Below are positions 5,330-14,257 of a DNA stretch of 20,000 nucleotides, one piece after another. The translations under genes were made by a program, and so were the position numbers. The notes below the pieces were generated by a model. That model searched no databases. It saw only the letters and a list, made by a program, of their open reading frames with translations, and was not told the DNA's origin. This DNA is from an uncultured virus (IMG/VR IMGVR_UViG_2822819870_000002). Taxonomy: Duplodnaviria > Heunggongvirae > Uroviricota > Caudoviricetes. Each line of letters begins with the position of its first letter. Position 1 is the stretch's first letter. The DNA lies in the IMG/VR virus record IMGVR_UViG_2822819870_000002, positions 57,657 through 77,656 of that record; one strand, given 5' to 3'.

Positions 5330-6605
5330 AAAGAAACCTGCCCCCTTTAAATTTAAACCATTCTCCAAGAAGCAGTTGAAAGTATTAACCTGGTGGAAGC
5401 CTAACAGTCCCGTTAAAGATTATGACGGGATTATTTGCGATGGTTCTATTCGTGCCGGAAAAACAGTGTCAATGGCTCTTTCCTATGTTATGTGGGCAAT
5501 GGAATCATTCGAAGGTGAGAACTTCGGTATGTGTGGTAAAACGATTGGTTCGCATCGTCGTAACGTTATAACGCCGCTTAAAAAAATGCTCAAGTCTCGT
5601 GGTTATAAGGTTAAAGATCATAGAAGTGAAAATATGCTCTCAATTACTAAGGATGGAGTTACTAATTTCTTTTACATCTTTGGTGGTAAGGATGAAAGTT
5701 CTCAGGACTTAATTCAAGGAATTACCCTTGCTGGATGCTTCTTTGATGAGGTAGCGCTGATGGTTCGGAGTTTCGTAGATCAGGCGACAGGTCGTTGTTC
5801 AGTAGAGGGCTCAAAAATATGGTTCAACTGCAATCCGGCAGGTCCATATCACTGGTTTAAGTTGGAATGGCTCGACAAGCGCAAGGAAAAGAATTTACTG
5901 CATGTTCGCTTTACTATGGATGATAACTTATCCCTTTCTAAGAAGACAAAACAACGTTATTACAAGTTATATAGCGGTGTCTTCTTCAAACGATATATTT
6001 TAGGATTGTGGGCAGCTGCTTCAGGTCTTGTATTTGATATGTTTAAGGAAGAAGTGCACAAAGTTGATCTAGTAGATCGTAATTACGTTGAGTATTATGT
6101 TTCTTGCGACTACGGTACGCAGAACGCTATGGCGTACGGATTATGGGGGAAATGTATTGAAGAAGGCGACAAAGAAGTGTGGTACAAAATCAAGGAGTAC
6201 CATTATAGTGGCCGTGATGCAGAGAAGCAGAAAACAGATCAGGAATACTACGAAGACTATGAGGAATTCGTTGGTGATTTGCCAATTAAAGGAACAGTAG
6301 TTGATCCCTCGGCTGCTTCGTTTATCGCTGTATTGATGCGTAATAAGAGGAAAGTATATAAGGCTCGTAACAATGTGAAAGAGGGAATTGGAAACGTTGG
6401 TATAGCGCTTAATACAGGCAGAGCATACTTTAACGATTGCTGCGTTGAGACGTTTAAGGAGTTTGCCTCTTATATATGGGATGAAAAAGCGATCCAACGC
6501 GGTGAGGATAAACCACTTAAAGAGAATGATCATCACATGGACGAAACGAGATACTTCATTAACACGATTATATTCGGATTACGTAAAAAGAAGAAAAAGA
6601 AATGA
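5301..6605 (+). CDS. terL: Terminase large subunit, PBSX family (XtmB/YqaT-like)
   Basis: Walker A DGSIRAGKT, Walker B CFFDE, CNP motif, nuclease acidic motifs (SCDYG, DPSAASF, DHHMDETRY). Confidence 0.95.
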   Translation: MTMTTIPKRKKKPAPFKFKPFSKKQLKVLTWWKPNSPVKDYDGIICDGSIRAGKTVSMALSYVMWAMESFEGENFGMCGKTIGSHRRNVITPLKKMLKSRGYKVKDHRSENMLSITKDGVTNFFYIFGGKDESSQDLIQGITLAGCFFDEVALMVRSFVDQATGRCSVEGSKIWFNCNPAGPYHWFKLEWLDKRKEKNLLHVRFTMDDNLSLSKKTKQRYYKLYSGVFFKRYILGLWAAASGLVFDMFKEEVHKVDLVDRNYVEYYVSCDYGTQNAMAYGLWGKCIEEGDKEVWYKIKEYHYSGRDAEKQKTDQEYYEDYEEFVGDLPIKGTVVDPSAASFIAVLMRNKRKVYKARNNVKEGIGNVGIALNTGRAYFNDCCVETFKEFASYIWDEKAIQRGEDKPLKENDHHMDETRYFINTIIFGLRKKKKKK

Positions 6606-6619
6606 GGTGGAGCAACTTA

Positions 6620-8158
6620 ATGACAAAGAAAAGGAAAGTTAGTGCAAAGGTAATTAAGGCAGCAGGGACAAGTACTCAAGTATTATCTCGCCAACAAGAG
6701 TACGAGAATGAGAAGAACGCAGTTAATGATATTATCGAACCGCCTTATAGAATTGAAGATTTGCAGCAGATTAGGGAAAATAGTACGATTCTAGGGCAGT
6801 GTATTGATGCGTATAAGCGTAATATTGCTGGATTTGGTCATGAGATGAAGTATAAGCAAGGGGATATTAAAGAAACGACAGAGATGAAAATGGAATGGTC
6901 CTTTGTGAATGATGAGGTAATTCCTTTATTTAGTTTCGACAAACCGTTTAAAGAAGTTCTTGAGACAAGTATCGACGATAGAGAAACCACAGGCAATGGA
7001 TATATTGAAGTGATTCGTAATTTAGATGGGAAACCTGCTGAATTAGTAAATATGTTGTCGCAGTACATGAGGGTCACACGTAAGGATGATAAACCTCAAG
7101 AGGTTACTTATACCATTAACGGAAATGAAGTTAAAAGAAAAAAACTATTTCGTCGCTATGTGCAGCGAGTAGGAAATACTGACACGTACTTTAAAGAATT
7201 CGGGGATCCACGATTCTTGAATAAAGAAACTGGCCAATTTGGTACTTCTACATTTGGCGAAAAAAACGCCACTGAAGTAATACACCTGAAGATAGGGAAT
7301 GGCCCTTATGGTATCCCGCGTTGGGTATCGCATGTTGTTCATATGGTAGGAGCTAGGAAGGCAGAGGAATTAAATTTACGCTATTTCAAACAAGGGCGTC
7401 ATATTCCGATGGCTATCTTGCTGAAGAATGGGATTTTATCAGAAGAAAGTGAAGCGGCTCTAACTGATTATGTTTCGAATGTTGAAGGTGAAGATAATCA
7501 ACATAAATATCTGCTACTGCAAGTGGAAAGTGCTGAAGAGGGTATTGTAGGTGATACTTCAACGTCAGTGGATATCGAGCTTAAATCACTAGCAGATATC
7601 CTGCAAAATGATGCTCTATTCCTTGAATACGATGAGAAATCACGTCAAAAAGTACAATCAGCATTCCGTTTACCAGACGTATATGTAGGTTATATTCGCG
7701 ACTTTAACAGAACAACTGCTGAATCTGTACGAGAGATTACAGAGGAGCAGGTATTTGAACCGGAACGAAGCGCTTTAGAATTTATTATTAACAATGTACT
7801 GCTACTTCCATATGGATTAAAACACGTATACGTAAACCTACGAAAATCAGAGATTAGTAACACGGAGGATATGGTTAAAACCATTGAAGTACTTGCTGAT
7901 AAGGGTGGTTTAACATTCCAGGATATACGCAATATTGCTAGTAATATGCTAAATAAAGAGCTCTCAGATTATGATATTCCTGAAGCGGATCAACCAGTTG
8001 CTTTAGTTTTAGAAAGACATCGTAAGGTAAGTGGTTGGGAGGAAGGGTTAAGTGAGAAGCTACAAAAATCAGCTGGTGGTAATGCTAAGGAAGAACTCGT
8101 AAATGTAATGAAAGATGTACGAGACTTATTGGAGTCGATGCAAGATGCAGAAGATTGA
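6620..8158 (+). CDS. Portal protein (XkdE/YqbA-like)
   Basis: Follows terL; start adjusted to ATG 6620 (RBS GAGGTGG, 6604-6610); GNGYIEVIRN, YGIPRW and AFRLPD portal motifs. Confidence 0.9.
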   Translation: MTKKRKVSAKVIKAAGTSTQVLSRQQEYENEKNAVNDIIEPPYRIEDLQQIRENSTILGQCIDAYKRNIAGFGHEMKYKQGDIKETTEMKMEWSFVNDEVIPLFSFDKPFKEVLETSIDDRETTGNGYIEVIRNLDGKPAELVNMLSQYMRVTRKDDKPQEVTYTINGNEVKRKKLFRRYVQRVGNTDTYFKEFGDPRFLNKETGQFGTSTFGEKNATEVIHLKIGNGPYGIPRWVSHVVHMVGARKAEELNLRYFKQGRHIPMAILLKNGILSEESEAALTDYVSNVEGEDNQHKYLLLQVESAEEGIVGDTSTSVDIELKSLADILQNDALFLEYDEKSRQKVQSAFRLPDVYVGYIRDFNRTTAESVREITEEQVFEPERSALEFIINNVLLLPYGLKHVYVNLRKSEISNTEDMVKTIEVLADKGGLTFQDIRNIASNMLNKELSDYDIPEADQPVALVLERHRKVSGWEEGLSEKLQKSAGGNAKEELVNVMKDVRDLLESMQDAED

Positions 8159-9071
8159 TAAACTGCTAGATTCATTAAATGAGTGGATAGAGAAAGCTGA
8201 TACTGGTGATTTTACAGACTCATTGCCTGATGATCTGGAAGTATTGGACATGTTACCGGGATACGTTGAGGACTTCGAAAAGGAAGTTGCCAAGCTACTT
8301 CGGAAGCAGAAGAAGTACATTGTTGATGGAATTAAGAACTATACGAAAAAGGATGCTATCGAAAAGGGTATCACGATAAAGGATGTTATTAACTTTGTTA
8401 CTGGCAGTCTATTTGGAGCTGATACATTCGCTAAAAGTTTGAGTAAAGTAGCGAGGAAGTTCCTTAATTACACGATGAAGGATATGACGAAAGCTTTCAT
8501 GGATGCAATTGATCCTGATATTCAGTTTAATGTCTTCTCAAAACGCACTACAAAGTGGATTAATAGTTGGTCTGATGAATTAGGTAAGTTAATGCAGATT
8601 AACTCGCAAAAAGCGGTAGAGCGTATTTTAAACGAGGGATTAGAGAAAGGGAAAGGTATTCGTGAAATAGCAAGAGAGCTTGCGAAGCTACCGGAATTCG
8701 ACCGTAAAAGAGCAAAGACAACAGCGCAGACAGAGGTCCTCGCAGCATGTTCTGCTTCTCAATTTGAAGCATATCGCCAATCCCCTGCTGTAATAGGTAA
8801 GAAGTGGCGTCATAGCGGTACAAGGAACAATCAGCCTCGTGATAATCATGTGGCGTATGACGGTACAACGGTTCTGGTAGAGGAAGAATTTGAGCTCCCT
8901 GGTTCTGGAGAACGGTGTATGTTTCCTCGTGATAGTTCGTTAAGTGGGCGTGAAAGAATTAACTGTAAATGTATTATGTCCCCTGCCGTAGATAACAATA
9001 TATTAGGCCTATCTGAAGAAGAGAAACAGAAGATTAGGGAAGAAACTTTGAAGGAGTTGAACAAGAAATGA
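8145..9071 (+). CDS. Minor head morphogenesis protein (Mu gpF / SPP1 gp7-like, YqbB-like)
   Basis: RAKTTAQTE, KKWRH, PRDNH..YDG and ERINCKC motifs; start probably ATG 8145 (GGAG 8131-8134). Confidence 0.85.
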   Translation: MQKIDKLLDSLNEWIEKADTGDFTDSLPDDLEVLDMLPGYVEDFEKEVAKLLRKQKKYIVDGIKNYTKKDAIEKGITIKDVINFVTGSLFGADTFAKSLSKVARKFLNYTMKDMTKAFMDAIDPDIQFNVFSKRTTKWINSWSDELGKLMQINSQKAVERILNEGLEKGKGIREIARELAKLPEFDRKRAKTTAQTEVLAACSASQFEAYRQSPAVIGKKWRHSGTRNNQPRDNHVAYDGTTVLVEEEFELPGSGERCMFPRDSSLSGRERINCKCIMSPAVDNNILGLSEEEKQKIREETLKELNKK

Positions 9072-9117
9072 AGACTTTTAAAATTAAGCTGGTTCATATT
9101 TGAAAGGGGGTGAGTAA

Positions 9118-10152
9118 ATGCCAAGAAAACTAAAAAACGTGGATGTAAGTTTTGTTTCTATTGTGGATAAAGCTGCAAACAAAAAGAAATTCTTCTTAAC
9201 GAAAAGTGAACAGGAACCAACATTTGAAAAAGAAGTCAAAATTATTAAAGGTGAAGACGAAGAGCAAAAACTTGTATATGGAATTGTATACTCTCCTGGC
9301 AGCGCGGATGATCCAAACACTCATGACGCACACGGGGATTTCATGACTGCGGAAGAAATAGAAAAATCCGCTCATAATTTTATTGCTAAGTATCGTAATA
9401 TCGACACTCAACATGATTTTAATGCAGGAGCAGGAAAAGTAGTAGAAAGTTATGTAGCTCCTGTCGATATGGAAATAAACGGTGAAATAATCACAAAAGG
9501 TACATGGGTACTGGTGACAGAAGCAACTGATGAGATATGGAAAGATATTAAAGATGGAAAAATGACAGGCTATTCCCTTGCAGGAGTTGCCGAGACAGAA
9601 GTAATTGAGGAAGAAGTAACTAAAACTGAAGAGAAACAAATGAAGTCCTTCTTCCAATTGGTGAAGGGCTTTTTTAGTGGGCAAAAACAGATTGAAGTTG
9701 TGAAAGATGCTGATGATGAAGCAACATTCCTTTCCGCAGTAGAAAAAGCTGGTATGAAAATCAGTAATGTGAACATGGCTGATATTGATGCAGCTATTGA
9801 TTCTTTAACAAATCTAAGAACACGCGTCGCACCGTCAACAGAAAATGCAGGAAGTGAGGAAGATAATATGGAGTTTAATCAAGAACAGTTAGAAAAGACA
9901 TTAGCATCCGCAGTAGAGAAAGCAGTAAATCCAATTAAAGAGGAATTAGCTTCTGTTAAAAAACATCTTAATCTCGACGAGGAAAAAACAGAAGAAGATA
10001 TTAGAGTAGAAAAAGCTGTTGAAGCTGCTACTGCTTCCCTACGTGAAGAGATTGAAACGTTGAAAAAATCTCAAGGCGTTAGCAATCAACAAGATACTGA
10101 TGTTGTTGAAAAAACTGAAGTCAAAAAATCTGTATGGAATGGCTTACTGTAA
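9118..10152 (+). CDS. XkdF-like prohead serine protease with C-terminal scaffold-like region
   Basis: VSIVDKAAN, KLVYGIVY, DAHGDF, DTQHDF, VVESY and TGYSLAG motifs; lies between minor head and capsid genes. Confidence 0.85.
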   Translation: MPRKLKNVDVSFVSIVDKAANKKKFFLTKSEQEPTFEKEVKIIKGEDEEQKLVYGIVYSPGSADDPNTHDAHGDFMTAEEIEKSAHNFIAKYRNIDTQHDFNAGAGKVVESYVAPVDMEINGEIITKGTWVLVTEATDEIWKDIKDGKMTGYSLAGVAETEVIEEEVTKTEEKQMKSFFQLVKGFFSGQKQIEVVKDADDEATFLSAVEKAGMKISNVNMADIDAAIDSLTNLRTRVAPSTENAGSEEDNMEFNQEQLEKTLASAVEKAVNPIKEELASVKKHLNLDEEKTEEDIRVEKAVEAATASLREEIETLKKSQGVSNQQDTDVVEKTEVKKSVWNGLL

Positions 10153-10173
10153 GCCTGAAGGAGGAAAAGGTAT

Positions 10174-11103
10174 ATGACACTTAATAACAAAACAATTATT
10201 GAAAAAGCAGACGTTACTCTTGCCACATTGGCTAGTGGTGGTTTAATGAATCCTGAACAAGCTGATACATTTTTACGTATGGTGCAAAACTCCCCTACTA
10301 TTTTAAAGGATTCGCGCTTTATTCAAATGGCTTCAGACACACTTAAAATTGAAAAGATTGGCTTTGGTTCCCGTATTCTTCGTCCTGGCGTTGAAGGTGT
10401 ACCTTTAAAAGACTCTGATCGCTCTGCTCCATCAACTAGTACAATTACGTTAAATGCCAAAGAAGTAATTGCTGAAGTGCATATTACTTATGATACATTG
10501 GAAAACAATATTGAGGGTGGGAATCTTCAAAACACAATCATGCAGATGATTGCAGATCGTGCTGCATTAGATATTGAAGAATTAATTTTGAATGGTGATA
10601 TAGCATCTACAGATCCTTATTTAGCTTTATTAGATGGTCTGCGTAAACAAGCAACTTCGCATGTTGTAGATGGTGCTGCAGATGCATTTACTAAAGATGT
10701 ATTTAAGAAAGCTTATAAAGCTGTTCCTGCTAAATACCTGCGTAACCCTAAAGATTGGAAGTTTTATACATCACATGGTTTAGAAATTGAATGGAAAGAT
10801 CAAGTAGCAATGCGACAAACTAACTTAGGGGATGTTTCACTTCAAGGTGGTTTAGCTTCTGCTTATGGTATTCCAGTAGAGGGGATTGCTATGTTACAGC
10901 CATATAATGATGGAGCCAATACTGTATCTGATATTTTATTAACTCTTCCTAAAAATATTGTGACAGGTATGAGCCGTAATATTCGAATTGAAGTGGATAA
11001 GGATATTCGCGCTCGTAAATTCATTATTGTTTTAACTGCGAAAGTTGATGTGAAGTTCGAAGAGGAAGATGCAGTGGCAAAAGTTATCAAAGTTAAGGAG
11101 TGA
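10174..11103 (+). CDS. Major capsid protein (XkdG-like, HK97 fold)
   Basis: [22 protein letters not shown] and DGLRKQA motifs; strong RBS AAGGAGG; expected position. Confidence 0.9.
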   Translation: MTLNNKTIIEKADVTLATLASGGLMNPEQADTFLRMVQNSPTILKDSRFIQMASDTLKIEKIGFGSRILRPGVEGVPLKDSDRSAPSTSTITLNAKEVIAEVHITYDTLENNIEGGNLQNTIMQMIADRAALDIEELILNGDIASTDPYLALLDGLRKQATSHVVDGAADAFTKDVFKKAYKAVPAKYLRNPKDWKFYTSHGLEIEWKDQVAMRQTNLGDVSLQGGLASAYGIPVEGIAMLQPYNDGANTVSDILLTLPKNIVTGMSRNIRIEVDKDIRARKFIIVLTAKVDVKFEEEDAVAKVIKVKE

Positions 11104-11109
11104 TGACTT

Positions 11110-11277
11110 TTGAATTACTATGCTAAATTAATAGTCGGGAAAACATATGATGTCCATGAACGTCTATTTTTATTGGGGCAAGAAGAGAAGGTTACAAAGA
11201 AAACGTACGATTATCTAAGTGGTAACGAACAATTTGCAGTCCGAAAAGAAGGTAGTAAATCTAAAGGAGAGGAGTGA
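11110..11277 (+). CDS. Small YqbF-like head-associated protein (55 aa; missing from the ORF track)
   Basis: TTG start after AAGGAGTGA; MNYYAKLIVGKTYDVHERLFLLGQEEKVTKKTYDYLSGNEQFAVRKEGSKSKGEE resembles the AKLIxGKTY...V.KK.Y.YL..N..F pattern of skin YqbF. Confidence 0.75.
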   Translation: MNYYAKLIVGKTYDVHERLFLLGQEEKVTKKTYDYLSGNEQFAVRKEGSKSKGEE

Positions 11278-11282
11278 TAGGT

Positions 11283-11675
11283 ATGTCGCTTATTACTGCT
11301 CAAGAATTAATAGATTATACTGTGCTGCCTGAAGTGAAAAAGCGTCCTGTTCCTCTATTGGAGCAGGATATACTTGAGGCGGAAACAGAGATTAATAATA
11401 TTCCTAACATAGCTAATTTCGCTGATATAACGAGATTCCCGGTAATTCCTAAAGAGGTAAAACTAGCTTGTAAGAAGTTGGCACAGCATTACGCTTATAA
11501 AAATGCTGATACGAAAGCTATGGAGGGCATTAAGTCTGAAAGTGTTGGTGGAGGGGATTATTCGTATACGAAGGATAGTTCAAGTATCACCAAACCGGAT
11601 GTGCTTAATTTATTAAAGGGATTTATACCTAACACAAGTAAAAAGAAAGTCATATTTAAAATGAGGTCTATTTAA
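11283..11675 (+). CDS. Head-tail connector/adaptor (YqbG/DUF3199-like)
   Basis: LEQDILEAE, VKLACKKLAQ and KSESVG..DYSY motifs; start ATG 11283 after GGAGTGA. Confidence 0.8.
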   Translation: MSLITAQELIDYTVLPEVKKRPVPLLEQDILEAETEINNIPNIANFADITRFPVIPKEVKLACKKLAQHYAYKNADTKAMEGIKSESVGGGDYSYTKDSSSITKPDVLNLLKGFIPNTSKKKVIFKMRSI

Positions 11676-12067
11676 TGTCTCTAAAAGGAATGATGGTTCA
11701 CGCATGTGATGTTTACCATTTGCAGAAGAAAGAACAGCCAGGTAAGTTTGGTCAGCCAGGAGAAACTGTATATTATTACAATGAAAATCCTGATATAGCA
11801 GAACAAATTTGTTACTTTGCAGAGAATGTAGTAAGTGCTAGACCTACTGCAATACAATCTGCACCAAATCAACTAAATGAACAGCACACACGAGTGCTAT
11901 TTATGCCTGGTACAGATATAAAACATAATGACAAGGTAATCAAGAAGAATACTGATGTCGTTTACTATATACGCAATCCTTTTCCGGTAGTGCATCCACT
12001 TACTAGCGAGGTTTCGCATATAAAGGCCACTGCAGAAAGGAAGAGTGAGCCATGGTTAGCCAAATAA
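11675..12067 (+). CDS. Head closure/joining protein (YqbH/XkdH-like)
   Basis: HACDVYHL, CYF and GTDIKHNDKV motifs; TAATG translational coupling. Confidence 0.8.
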   Translation: MSLKGMMVHACDVYHLQKKEQPGKFGQPGETVYYYNENPDIAEQICYFAENVVSARPTAIQSAPNQLNEQHTRVLFMPGTDIKHNDKVIKKNTDVVYYIRNPFPVVHPLTSEVSHIKATAERKSEPWLAK

Positions 12068-12537
12068 CGACTAGAGGATTCCGAGAATTCAGTGCTAAGT
12101 TGAATCGTATGGCGAACGGGTTAGATCAGAACGTTGCTTTATGGCTTGAAGCTAGTGGATTTCAGTTTTTAGAAGAGGTTCAAAATCAAATCATTTCACT
12201 AGCAGTTGTAGACACTAGGCTTCTTTTGAATTCATTTACAAAAGGAGATGGAGAAAACGTATGGCGCTCTTCTAATGGTGGATTGACACTTGATGTGGGT
12301 ACTTCGGTTTCTTATGCTAAGGTTGTAAATGACGGCCACCAACAAGTTAGACGATTTGTCCCTGGAAGATGGGAAGGTCATAATTTCGAATATGATCCAC
12401 ATGCACCGACTGGGATGATGTTAACTGCTAAATTTATAGAAGGTCGTCCTTACTGGGATAATGCTATCGCTATCTATGAGCGTATGTTCCAAACTGCATT
12501 TGACCGTAAATTTAGGCAATGGTTACATGGAGGTTAG
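12052..12537 (+). CDS. HK97 gp10-like neck/tail completion protein
   Basis: VDTRLLLNS, VGTSVSYAKVVNDGH and GRPYW motifs. Confidence 0.85.
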   Translation: MVSQITTRGFREFSAKLNRMANGLDQNVALWLEASGFQFLEEVQNQIISLAVVDTRLLLNSFTKGDGENVWRSSNGGLTLDVGTSVSYAKVVNDGHQQVRRFVPGRWEGHNFEYDPHAPTGMMLTAKFIEGRPYWDNAIAIYERMFQTAFDRKFRQWLHGG

Positions 12538-12540
12538 GTT

Positions 12541-12942
12541 ATGTATGCACAAATACATGGTTCTATGAAAGCCTTCATCTTTGATAATCTGCCTCAAGGT
12601 ACATTTGCTTATCATGAGCAGGTACCAGAAGAAATAAGAGTGCCTTCAGTTTACTTCCAGCACTTATCAACGAATGATTTGAAAAATACAAAGGATACAT
12701 TCACCTTACTGTACACAATGACAGTGAGGTTTTTTAATGCAACGACAGAGGAAGCTATGAGTCTATCTGATGAGATTGCAAACTTAATTAGACGTAGCGG
12801 TTACACAGTGAATCTTCGTAATAAAGACGGAAGTGAATCGACTGATACCGTCTATTTAAGAAGAGTGACTACCGCCCCAGTTGAGGTTGGTTCAGCGCAA
12901 TTAACAATGATTTTTGAATACCAACAAACTTACTTGAATTAA
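12541..12942 (+). CDS. Tail terminator/completion protein
   Basis: 133 aa, located before the major tail gene; E.VPE...PS.YF motif. Confidence 0.7.
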   Translation: MYAQIHGSMKAFIFDNLPQGTFAYHEQVPEEIRVPSVYFQHLSTNDLKNTKDTFTLLYTMTVRFFNATTEEAMSLSDEIANLIRRSGYTVNLRNKDGSESTDTVYLRRVTTAPVEVGSAQLTMIFEYQQTYLN

Positions 12943-12955
12943 GGAGTGTGAATGT

Positions 12956-13435
12956 ATGGCTGGCACAACTGAAACAACATCTACTGTGAAAAATAAAATG
13001 TATCGTGGTGACGAATATATTATCGCTGCGATGATAAAGGACCCAGCAAATCCAACAGCAAAAAAATTAGTTCGTCCGTTTGATCAAAACGAAGAATCTC
13101 ATAGTATTGAAGCAGATGAGATTGAAGCAGAGTCGAAAGATAGAACGATTAATGACTATGGTAAAGTATCTGAGACTCGTTCATTTGGTTGTACGTTATC
13201 AGAGGGAGACGTGTTCTACCCGGCTGCAAAAGCTGCTATTCGAAACAAAGAGTACATCGAGATTTATGAAATTAATAAGCGTACAAAAGAAGCTGAAATT
13301 GGCAATTACATGCTGACTTCTTTTGAGAGATCATCTTCTACTGGTGAATTTGTTTCTTATTCAGTAGAGACAAAGCTTTCTGGTACAACACGTACAGAAA
13401 CATTGACTGAAATTCCTAAAGGTGCAGGAGAATAA
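12956..13435 (+). CDS. Major tail (tube) protein, siphophage (TP901-1-like)
   Basis: Position; Q.E.S.SIEAD.I..ESKD, EIYEIN and LTSFERS...GEFVSYS...SG tube motifs; RBS AAGGAG. Confidence 0.8.
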   Translation: MAGTTETTSTVKNKMYRGDEYIIAAMIKDPANPTAKKLVRPFDQNEESHSIEADEIEAESKDRTINDYGKVSETRSFGCTLSEGDVFYPAAKAAIRNKEYIEIYEINKRTKEAEIGNYMLTSFERSSSTGEFVSYSVETKLSGTTRTETLTEIPKGAGE

Positions 13436-13501
13436 CGGGCGGTTTTTAACGCTTCTTTTTAAATTTAAAAATAACATCCAATCAAAAGGAGATTGATATA
13501 T

Positions 13502-13924
13502 ATGCGTTTTGAAATTAAAGGGAAAGAACACGAATTAAAACTTACTTATAAAACAATTGCTGAGCTAAACAAGAAATATAAAGTTGGCGCACAAGAAGTT
13601 ATTGGAGCTTGTTTACAAGGTGATTTAGATATGTTTGAAGACGCTATTTACTTTGGATTAATGCATACAGGTGAAGGAATCACTAGAGAGCAAGTTGTTA
13701 CTGAAATTGAAAAGCAATTCGAAGCAGAGAAAATCTCGCAAGAGTTCATTGATGAAATTCTTAACGAAGTAGTAGCAGATAATTTTTTCTACAAAGCGAC
13801 AACGAAGAAATTAAAAACACGAATGAAGAAACAATTGGTAGCGAAGAATCCGGAACTGAAAGAGATGGCGGACGAGATGTACGGGACGGACGAAGAACAA
13901 CCGACTTTACTAGAGAAGAACTAG
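13502..13924 (+). CDS. Tail assembly chaperone (gpG-like)
   Basis: MRFEIKGKEHELKL N-terminus typical of tail chaperones; lies between tube and tape measure genes; start ATG 13502 after AAGGAGA. Confidence 0.8.
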   Translation: MRFEIKGKEHELKLTYKTIAELNKKYKVGAQEVIGACLQGDLDMFEDAIYFGLMHTGEGITREQVVTEIEKQFEAEKISQEFIDEILNEVVADNFFYKATTKKLKTRMKKQLVAKNPELKEMADEMYGTDEEQPTLLEKN

Positions 13925-14238
13925 ACAAGGTACAGCAAGATGGATTTAGATACTTAGGTTTATTACCAAATGAGGTAATGAACCTGACTCCCCGCGAGTT
14001 TCAAAATATGATGACAGGGAGAAATGAACAATATCTAGATGAATTGCAAACCTATAGCATATTTGCTCTGATGATGCGCTCGGTTTATCACAGTAATCCA
14101 AGGAAGAGTATGAAACCAAAAGATTTATTTGATAGATCGAAAATGGTTACTGATGAACAGAAGAAAAAATCTATTGAAAACCGCGCGAAACAGGCTGAGG
14201 AAAATATGGAATTCTTACAAAGTCTCAACTTCGGTTGA
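13783..14238 (+). CDS. Tail chaperone C-terminal (gpT-like) segment, probably made as a -1 frameshift fusion
   Basis: The -1 frame relative to 13502 is open from 13783 to 14238. Motif LGLLPNEVMNLTPREF begins upstream of the ATG at 13978. Confidence 0.65.
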   Translation, partial: FFLQSDNEEIKNTNEETIGSEESGTERDGGRDVRDGRRTTDFTREELDKVQQDGFRYLGLLPNEVMNLTPREFQNMMTGRNEQYLDELQTYSIFALMMRSVYHSNPRKSMKPKDLFDRSKMVTDEQKKKSIENRAKQAEENMEFLQSLNFG

Positions 14239-14257
14239 TTGAAAGGTAGGTGAGATT

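Noticed and set aside
11101..11112. Capsid stop-codon readthrough into the in-frame YqbF-like ORF
   Set aside because: Two tandem TGA stops, and the downstream ORF has its own RBS and TTG start.
13411..13465. SPP1/A118-like +1 frameshift extension of the major tail protein
   Set aside because: No CCC-TAA at the stop and no room for a downstream Ig-like domain; only a weak degenerate hairpin follows.
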